Below, piece by piece: positions 54,570-64,000 of a stretch of DNA of 64,000 bases. The notes below the pieces were generated by a model. That model had not been told where the DNA came from. It was given only the letters and a program-made list of their open reading frames with translations, and did no database searches. A program made the position numbers and the translations under genes. Within the stretch, counting starts at the first letter, position 1; every line of letters starts with the position of its first letter. This DNA comes from Eledone cirrhosa (Eukaryota): NCBI GenBank assembly GCA_964016885.1, contig OZ024742.1:213838001-213902000 (forward strand), given 5' to 3'.

Positions 54570-54745
54570 CTCAACCTGCTAGAAATAGCAGAACAAATTC
54601 CACCCCAAAATCACATCATACTGGCTTAAAAAGGGATGGGGACATTTGATAAAGTAGTCTAAAAATTATACCTGATGGACAAGTATGTCTCTACCCATCT
54701 ATCTGCTAAATCAGGGCTCTACCGTGGCTAAGCGACAACAACCAA
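54570..54745 (+). mobile_element. Dispersed ~170-bp repeat (CTGCTAGAAATAGCAG..CTTAAAAAGG..CAACAAC), unclassified
   Basis: Diverged copies at ~1-150, 20140-20310, 20420-20580 (-), 29640-29850 (-) and 53190-53370 (-). Confidence 0.55.
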
Positions 54746-54812
54746 AGCACCAGTAGCTGCAGCCAAACGTTACCGAGGTTTTAGAAGAGGACAGTCACTA
54801 TATGCATGTGTA

Positions 54813-55412
54813 ATAATTGTTTCTACTTTTGGTCAGCACATACCCAGTGCGTGACAGGTACTTTATTTCATCGACCCCGTAAGGCTGAAAGGCAAAGTTA
54901 ACCTCGGCAGGATTTGAACTCAGGATGGCAAGGGCCGTAACTATGCATCAAAGCATGGCGTCCGACGCTCTACCGATACTGCCAAGTGTAATAATTGTTT
55001 CTACTTTAGTCACAAGGCCAGCTATTACCCAGTACATTACTGGTACTTTATTTTATCGACCCCCCCCCCCCGTAAGGATGAAAGGCAAAGTTAACCTCGG
55101 CGGGATTTGAACTCAGACTGTAAAGGGACGTAACTATGCTAGAAATCATGGCGTCCAACCCTCTACCGATACTGCCAATTCACCGCCCTAGTGTAATAAT
55201 GGTTTCTGATTCAGACACAACGCCAACAATTTGAGGGGAGGAGAAAGTCGATTAAATTGACCCTAGTGCATCACTGGTGCCGTATTTTATCGACCCGTAA
55301 GGATGAAAGGCAAAAGCTAACCTCGGCGGGATTTGAGCTCAGAACGTAAAGGGTCGTAAATCTATGCCGCGAACCAGAGTGTCCGAGGCTCTACCGATTT
55401 TGCCAATCCAAT
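54813..55412 (-). mobile_element. Three tandem SINE family 1 copies
   Basis: 54813-54985, 54990-55188 and 55195-55412. Confidence 0.85.
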
Positions 55413-55649
55413 GGTAATGACAATTCTCCTAATCTAAAGGTGCAGACTTTCTCCTCTTTCTTTATTTTTTATTTCTTTTCTCTTTTTCTTTTCCCTTTTG
55501 TCACTTGTAAATTATATAAATTGTGTTTATATGAATAAATGTCATAACTATTTGGAGCTTTTAAAGTTAAAGTATTAAAGTTATCAGTTTTAACGTTAAA
55601 TGTGTTAAATTCAAATGAGTGGAAAAGTTAAATATCGTTTGTGTGACCC

Positions 55650-56410
55650 AGGTATTCGAGTCAGCCCTGGGTATCTGGGTTGACAATGTCCTCACAATCC
55701 CCAAGACACCAAGGCAACTAGGATAGCATCAACCTACGCAAGGATCGAGTATTCGTTCGATCGACATTGCTTCGCTTGTTTCCAGTCTACCTCCAGTCAA
55801 CCTCACAGCTCAACATCGATGCGTTGTTAAATTCGATGCCGTCGTCAACTGGCACCTTTCTTAATGATGAGTGCACCATCACCAGAGTAGTATTGTCCCT
55901 TGGCATCCATGTATGTGATCCACACAAATGCCGTTGTGGATTCATGGTTGATGAGTTAGGACTATATTTGCTCTCTCATTATCACGATGCAGGTTGGTTC
56001 TGTTGAACGATGTCATAGTAGGAACCTTTGCATAGGTGGTCTCCCGTCACAACTGGAAATTTTCGGCCTCGATCGTGATGAGGGTAAATGCTCAGAGAGG
56101 ATAACCCTTTTCCCGTTCGAGGTAGGTAAACTACTTATCTCTGATGCCTCATGCTATGACATGTAGCATCTGCCATAAGCCTGGACACTGTTGTCCATAA
56201 CGTAGAGGTGTGGAAGATGTAAAAATACCCCTTTTTTATTTACCGGTTGTCATCGAAACCTCCGTTGTCCTCGGTTTCCGGACTGCCATTTTCCTCCGCA
56301 AAATCTGAAGAAGTGCATCCGCCTGAAGAAAGAGTCTCATGATGTAGAGTGGCGGATGCAGCGGGTATCGCTGGCTGTTCTTCATGACAATGCGTTTGCC
56401 ATGCTACTAA
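55650..56410 (+). pseudogene. CRE-like 3' fragment (decayed)
   Basis: LNSMPSSTGTFLND..LGIHVCDPHKCRCGFMVDELGLYLLS..LNDVI..GLDRDEGK..ITLFPFE..VVIET. Confidence 0.7.
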
Positions 56411-57351
56411 GATGCGCAGTTGAGATATACCTTTCAGGCAAAAGTGTAGAGTTTGTCTCATACTTTGCCCCTCTTCATCATTTAATTTCCTTTTCACCCG
56501 TACGGGGTTGATAACTAAAGCACCAGTAATGTACTGGGGTTGATCTAATCGACTTTCCCTCACCCCAAATTCTTGGCTTTGTGCCTAAAACAGAAATAAT
56601 TTCCCCACTTTTTTCTCGTTCTTTTTTTCTGTTTATTATTGCAACCCATTAAACTATTTTTATGATTGAAAAGATTAAATTTTTACGATTGAAAAGATTA
56701 AATTGGAATCTAAAATAAAATCAGATTATCGCATGTTCTACACCTCGTGTACTATTGTTAATTGTTGTTTGGCTCCAGATCAGCTTTGAATACGCAGCCT
56801 TATATTTTAGCGGTAAATCATCTCATGTTTTTTTCCTTCCAGATAGTACGTAGTAGTGATGTGATGGCGGCAATGGGAATTAGCAAAATACTACAGTTTA
56901 CAAATGTATTTTTCCTATTTAAGGTTGTGATTTGATCCCCCGTAAATCTAGCGTGATTCGAGACGGTGTAGAGGTCCCTGCGTTCTTAAATAACCTTTCT
57001 GCCAGGAAAGGCGTCAGATAATGAGAAATTTGTTAAAAAAAAAGGAAAAGAAAAATTGATTATTCTATAAAATTTGCTTTCGGCGGAGAGACGTGAGATG
57101 TAAAGAGAAAGGATGAAAAAAATACACAAAAGAAATTAAAACAGAAACAAGCAAAAGAAAATGAGTCAATTATTATAAGATTATATCTTGACCTCTAAAG
57201 GAGACCTTAAAATGCTCTGTCGCACATCTTTTTGGAAAGGTCATTGCCAGAAGGAAGTAGACGCTGTGCTACTTGATTTTCACCGCCATTACTTAGCTGT
57301 ATCTTGTAGTATGTATGTATGTATGTATACATTTAAGACATTAATACCATG

Positions 57352-57401
<50 letters not shown>

Positions 57402-57405
57402 CACG

Positions 57406-57443
<38 letters not shown>

Positions 57444-57726
57444 TTGGTATATTATATATGTGTGTGTGTGTAAGTAACTGGTAGTAACTGTTCGTATATA
57501 TGTATATATATATACACACACATATATATGTGTATGAATATAAATACACACACACACACACATATATATATATATGTGTGTGTATATATATATATATAAG
57601 GAAATACTGTATATATTTTATCTAATAATTCTTCAAACTTGCAATTTTATATATATATGTATATATATATACATGTGTATGTATGTATGTGTGAGCATGT
57701 TGTGTGTGTAAATGCATATTCCCACA

Positions 57727-57783
<57 letters not shown>

Positions 57784-59847
57784 CCTATCTCTCTAGCGAT
57801 ATCTATTTACCTCTCTATCTATCTATCTGTCCATCTGTATATATATGTATAGAGATTCTTACTAATAGAAAAAGGGTTACAAACAATTTTTCCAAGAATA
57901 ATTTGCTTAATTCGAAAAATGTGAGCTAAAGTACGTCAATGGACATGAATTTAGATAAAATAAGTTGGTATCTATGTATTAAATTGCATTTGATGGTTTC
58001 TAATAATTGCCATCGTGTTTTGTTTCCTCTCTTCAAATTTGTAAAAAGAAAAACCTATAAATATAATCTAACTTTAGTACTTTCTTTATTGACCCCCGGT
58101 TGCTGAGGGTTTTGAGCTTAACTAAATACTGCGAAATATTTTGTACCACACACTACTATCTCCCTTTGCTGATGAAGAAATATTAATACGGCCATAACTT
58201 TTGCCATTCACATTCGGTGTCTCTGTTTGTTCAATGTTTAGAAAAGTAATCGTTTTATTTTATTTATATCTCATATATCTGCCAATATGCTTACGTTCAA
58301 AATAGCAAATAGTATTATCTAAACCTTTCACTAAAGTCATTTTTGCCTAAGAAAGAGTATAAAATACAATATATTTTGCCAAAAATTAGCCGTTGTTTTG
58401 AATAGAGTATTTCTCTTTGTTGATATTTCCTAGAGTTACAAAACTATATATAATAATCGGTTGAATAATTAGTAACACAAGTAATTCTAAAAAAATATAT
58501 ATGAAATATACACCAGATAATATTCAGTATCGAAGGGGGACAAATCATAAGTTTCCATACTTTTATAAAAAAAAAAAAAGAATTGTTAGAGCAGACCAAT
58601 TCTTCCATGACCCGCATTAAAGATAATATGTACCATTGTTTATCGTTGTTGACGGTAAAGCAGCCAGAAAACTTACCGGGGGCTGTAATTGCAATGTAGT
58701 TTCAATTTTAGATTGAATCCCAATTGCTACACTGTTGTCATACAACTACTGTTACAACTAATTTTACCTGTTTAAATTAGTTTAGAATATAATAATATTT
58801 CCCGCTGCTCCTTCTACCTGGAGTTGCGACCGATATATAGTATTAGCAATTGGAAAGACCTACGGAAACATTGTTTCCTCGGTCCGATTTGACGAAAGTC
58901 GATCGAAAAATTTAAATTTTTTCTTCTTACTATTCTCCTTTATATATAAGTTCATGCTGTAAAAATGTTCATGATAAAGACTAATTCTCTCTTTTGTACA
59001 CACATAAACAACAGGCCCGATCACAAAAGAACCAAACTCCCACTGTCACTTCCCCCATTTTTCTCGCTCTCACTATTGTGAGCAAATGGGGGTCCACGCA
59101 CTGGCCACCCCGTGGCCCCGGCGGACAAAATAGAGAAGGCGTTTCCTCGGAGGATGGTGAAGGAGACGCACTGGAAGAGCCATTCCAGTTCGCGATCACA
59201 AATTCCATTGGTTAAAACATGATTATCATAACACTCCATTCATAGCTTAAACAATTTGTTGTGTCAAACCATTAAAAGATCATTATACTAACATGTATCA
59301 TATTGTAGAATATTGTCTCTTGTCGTTTAAGCAGAAAGTTTCAAATTTTTACATATGAGATTTAGTGTGCTTCACTTTTTCCAAATGCCTTTAATGACTC
59401 TAGGGAAATGAAATTACTTTAACTGAACAATGGATTGGACTTGTTATATCTTTGTTTTTATCTATACAACGCCATCACATACGTGTGTGTAAGTGTAAAT
59501 CTTAATCTTACTACACATAAAGTATTAACCATTCAGAACAGAATTACAAATGATTTCAAAGGTCTCTTTACGTTGACATTTACCTGCAGGAAGTTGTGGG
59601 TGTTAATTACCCATGCTCAACCAAACCCTCATCAAATTTGATTTCATTTCACTCTAATCTTATACAGGTATTTGACCTTATGACATCTAAAGGCTGGAAA
59701 GCAAACATGGTTTTGACATTTTATCATTTAACGACTTCCTGACTGATCTAACACGCAAACCTTCACATGGTTACTCAAGCTTCTAGAAATAGTAACCAAG
59801 TATTCCCACGTATTACATAAAATCTGTCTTAAGCCAAAAGGCTCGTT

Positions 59848-60098
59848 AGGCTGGTGCTTATCCCGGTTTCATGATATGAAGCGACTGAGAGTGCAAGACT
59901 CCCCACTGGATAGGACGCCAGTCCATCGCAGGGTTAAATCCCCAGCTATTGCTGGAACTCATTTTCAGCTGAGTATACTGGAGCAACGTGAAACGAAGTG
60001 TTTTGCTCAAGAACACAACACGCAACCCAGCCCAAGAATCGAACCCACGACACTATGATCGTAAGTCCAACACCCTTACGACTAGGCCACGCGCCTCC
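59848..60098 (-). mobile_element. tRNA-derived CORE-like SINE with a different 3' tail
   Basis: The minus strand has TGGCCTAGTCG..GGGTTCGATTC..GTTCTTGAGCAAAACACTT..AACCCTGCGATGGACTGGCGTCC..GAAACCGGGATAAGC. Confidence 0.75.
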
Positions 60099-63031
60099 AT
60101 AAGGTAGTCCTATATACCTCATAAAAGACGGGATGGTCATTACTAGAATGGTTTATATCATTAGTCTCCTTGATTATTGGATAATTCTCGAAGGCTTAGT
60201 CAGCCTAATTTTAAATAGGTATCACAATATGGAAACAATACACAGCAGTTAATTATAAAGTTGATATTTCGTTAGCTTCCATTTTCATCGCCTGATGATA
60301 AACATTGGCATGTAGCACACATAAAACATCGGCTGGGAATGCTCATTTGTGCATATGACCAATTCAGCGGCTAGCATTAATTAGGAGTAGCTCTCCCATA
60401 AAGTGGTTTATAATAGGAGGGTATATGAAGGAATAGACGATATGGATATACGATTGTGAAAGCAAATGGCTTTGTGGTTAGAGAGTTAGATTCTCAATCG
60501 TGAGGTTGTGAGTTAGATCCCCGGACCGAGTGATGCATTATGTCCTTGAGCAAGACACTATTTCACGATACTCCGCCTGCCAAGAGTTGCCACCAGTAGA
60601 AAGTATTAGTAATTGGAAAGACCAATGGGAACATTGTTTCCTTAGCCCGATCTGACGAGTTTTACCCCACTTGATAAGCGAATGAGATCTGGGATCTTGT
60701 CGACTCGTATCATAGAACACGATGTTGCATACGAAAGATTACATGTATGCCATAAGCTTATTCTTGTCGCAGTATGTGATAAAGTTTCAGAGAGTTATAA
60801 CTATCAATATTTTGAACATTTATTTTATAAAGACAAAAAAATGAAAAAATAGATAAAAGTGTGCATATAACATATATGCGTATTGTGGCTTGCATTTGAA
60901 CTCTTGTGTATGTGTGTTAGTATATAAAGCACGTATATATGTTGTTTGAGGCATCCCCGTGTGTGCATGAAAATATAATATCATACAAAGCTTGGTATGG
61001 TATATGTTAAAGCAGTTGGTGTAATTAAAGCTATAAAACCTAATCATATCAGGAGTTGTCTCAGGTAACTGCCTAAAAAAATTGAAAATGAGGAAAACGA
61101 TATTTGTCAATGACTAATATTTTTTTTCTTTACCTTTTATTGTATTTTTAGTCAGCGTTTTAATAGTTCCCAGGTTAAATATGTTAACACCAATATAGCT
61201 ATAGCTTTTCATGCGACATTTTACGCGCTTGATGCCTTTATTATAGCTGATGAACAATATGTGTCCCCTATGATTGTTTTTTATTTGTAGTTCCAAAATT
61301 TATTCGTAATTCCGTTTAGAATTACAAATTAAATTTGAGCTGAACTGATTGATTTATAATTGAAAGAAAAATCCATGTTAATATTGTAAAGTCAAGTTTT
61401 GATGCAGACTCAAAATAACTCATCAGAAGACACAGATCAAAAAGCATGTATCCGATGGGGCAATGATTATTTTTATTCAAGGCTTCGTATTTAATTTGAT
61501 TTCCACCCACCACCTGTTATGCTAATAATACCCAACTTTGACCAGTGAGAAAATGCAATATCAAATATACTGATATTACATCTTTTTCGTTATGCAAAGT
61601 TTGTTGCTGTTGTTATTGCTGAAATTGTTATTATAATCATTGTTGTTATTCTCTGTCACATAGTCGCTATTTCTATTGTTGTAGTTGCTATTGTTTTGGT
61701 TACCGTTAGGTTTTGTTGTTTAGTCCCAGCTCAGCCCTGACTGATCAAAGGTGACGTTTTTCCCCTAAGCCCGTATTTGTCGTTTTGCTGTTGCTATTTT
61801 GCAATAAATATGACTTGTTATTATTGTTGTTAGCTGCAGTAGTTGGAAATACACCTTAGATATGTTAAGTCTGTAACTCTCAAAACTCATACTTGAGAAT
61901 GGTTCGGATATACAGATGATTGAACAAATATACATTTGAATATCCTTTCCTAGATGAGTTTTCCAAATTCTGGATGTTTGTGAACTTTGACTCCATTCTG
62001 ATGAAAAACTCCATCAGTGTCTGTATCTACAACAATCAATTCCCCATCTCTTTTCGGCAATTGTCCTTAGAAAGAAAGGGGTTCATAAAAAGTGTCTTCG
62101 CTATATATTTATGCATGCAGCATGGTCCCGTAACTCCCGAGGGTATCGTAGCGGCGGCTTATTGATATACAGCGTTTCTACGGCATTTTTAGACCTGCCC
62201 GAGTCCATCTCCTCGACAGGTTTGCATACAGCCGAATACTTCCAGCGAAGGAAAATGGAAATGAGAAAGAGGTCTAAAGAGAGAATCAACCCCAGTAGTT
62301 GACTGGAACTTTTTTTTTATCGAACTCAAAGGGATGAAGTTGACATCGATAGGATTTGAACTCAGAGATGAGAGAGTCGGAATGGATACCGGAAAAGATT
62401 CTATCGGACGTTTTAATGACTGCCAATTCTCTACCATGTATACTTATAATAGAATACAAAGGTGGTTTTTCGCTGCTGTCTTTCGGATATTTTTTAAAGA
62501 GTACCATCTTATTAGTTAGGTAGAAGTAAGTTCAACACACAACTGTCTCGGCACATTGAACGTAAACGTTCGGAACAATACCACAAATCCTTTTACCGAA
62601 TGCAATAATAATTCAGTTAATCCATCCTCTAGACGAGGTCTTTATTTGACTGACTTTGGAAGGATGAAGAGTATTGACTTCAGTAGAAGATAAAGAATCA
62701 AAACAAATGCTGAAAGGCATTTTGTACGACACTCCAACCAGTCTACCAGTGTTCCGACTATTAGAGGCATCTAGGATTAGATTACCTAAATAAATCTTTA
62801 CTTGTTTATGCCGTTAGGCTTTATCTAAGAATTACATTTAGCTGCTACTTATAGCATGTCAAAATGTAAAGACCCAGAACAAATGCACCAATGATATTTT
62901 AGCTGATACTCTAACATTTCTGCCAATTCACCACCTTAATATATAACATATGTATTAATATCAAATTATTAATTATAAACACACTAATTAACAACATATT
63001 GTTTATTTTAATACAATTATTATACTAAATG

Positions 63032-63208
63032 AAGAAAACATGAACATAGTCCCATAAGAAAACATGAACATAGTCCCATAAGAAAACATGAACATAGTCC
63101 CATAAGAAAACATGAACATAGTCCCATAAGAAAACATGAACATAGTCCCATAAGAAAACATGAACATAGTCCCATAAGAAAATATGAACATAGTCCCATA
63201 AGAAAACA
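63032..63208. repeat. 24-bp minisatellite, ~7 copies
   Basis: AAGAAAACATGAACATAGTCCCAT. Confidence 0.95.
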
Positions 63209-63372
63209 GCCCGATTAAAAGAAAAAAGACTGATATGACGTTTAGATTCAGCATACTTTGAACGGCCACCAAATCACTTATGACAACATTGATGTTAGAG
63301 CAATTGTCACAGAAATGTGAAGACGTCATTTGACTATGCCGTGTTGGGATACCGCATTCAAGGGCTTTAGAA

Positions 63373-63588
63373 CAGGCAAGTGAAACATGCGGCCCGCGGG
63401 CCGATGCGACCCTTTACAAGCAGACCTGTGACCCTCACAAAGGTTTTTACAGCGCGAGCATGTTTTATCTTCATAATATGAAAAAAAGAATGTGTTGTAA
63501 TGTGCGCAATTAGTTGTCGTGTGCGGCCCTCAGACAACACATATGTCACCCATGTAGCCCTCGGGGGACCCTCAGTTTGACATGCCTG
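63373..63588. mobile_element. hAT MITE, same family
   Basis: TIR GTTTGACATGCCTG, imperfect TSD CTTTAGAA/CTTTAGGC, and homology to 24070-24272. Confidence 0.85.
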
Positions 63589-63679
63589 CTTTAGGCGATT
63601 ACATCAAGCCTAGTATTTGTAACTTGTATTTTTTCGTTCTAAATTTTGAGTTCTAAAAATATATTACAACATATATATT

Positions 63680-64000
63680 CCACCAGGATCGACATTTAAC
63701 CCCCGCCCTGTGATAACACGGCAGAGATAGAGGGACGGATCCTTTGTGTGTCCTGATGCCACCGAGTGCGAAACGAGGAAATCTTGCAGAGAGCCGAGTC
63801 TGGGCGCTGCAGAGGCTGGTCACGGAGGAGCGTCGGTGCCGTCTGACTGACCATATTCTGCGCCTTCCTAACGAAAGACACTCGAAAACGGCAATGAACT
63901 GGACTCCAGCTGGCGGCAAACGGAAGCGGGGTTACCCCAGGATCACCTGGGAACGAACGTTCCAAAAAGACCTTATGGCAGACAACATCACTTGGCACGG
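63680..64000 (+). mobile_element. RTE LINE C-terminal fragment
   Basis: RVRNEEILQRA..HILRLPNERHSKTAMNWTPAGGKRKRGYPRITWERTFQKDL. Confidence 0.7.

Noticed and set aside
61870-62300. Possible host exon
   Set aside because: Stops in the frames I examined, and no recognisable domain or splice pattern.
63003-63329. 108-aa ORF with FSYGTMFM repeats
   Set aside because: Translation of the 24-bp minisatellite.

Overview
AT-rich, repeat-dense eukaryotic DNA. By inference from its SINE, RTE and microsatellite content it is probably invertebrate, and cephalopod/octopus-like. No host protein-coding gene is recognisable. The centrepiece is a young Penelope-like retroelement (PLE; RT plus C-terminal GIY-YIG endonuclease) present as an ~8.1-kb head-to-head palindrome at 42667-50789 inside (TA)n. 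Around it are more than a dozen short (100-600 bp) palindromic mini-elements from several unrelated families. Nearly all sit in (TA)n tracts, most have one arm extended by a tail, and most fold back at or beside a minimal type I hammerhead ribozyme (HHR). The HHRs include unusual variants: a U3-A8 compensatory core and an 83-nt branched stem II. Also present are two decayed PLE RT relics, RTE and CRE-like LINE fragments, two tRNA-derived SINE families, hAT and Tc1/pogo-like MITEs, minisatellites and many microsatellites. Most short ORFs in the track are microsatellite or antisense artefacts. All calls were made by eye and coordinates are approximate.
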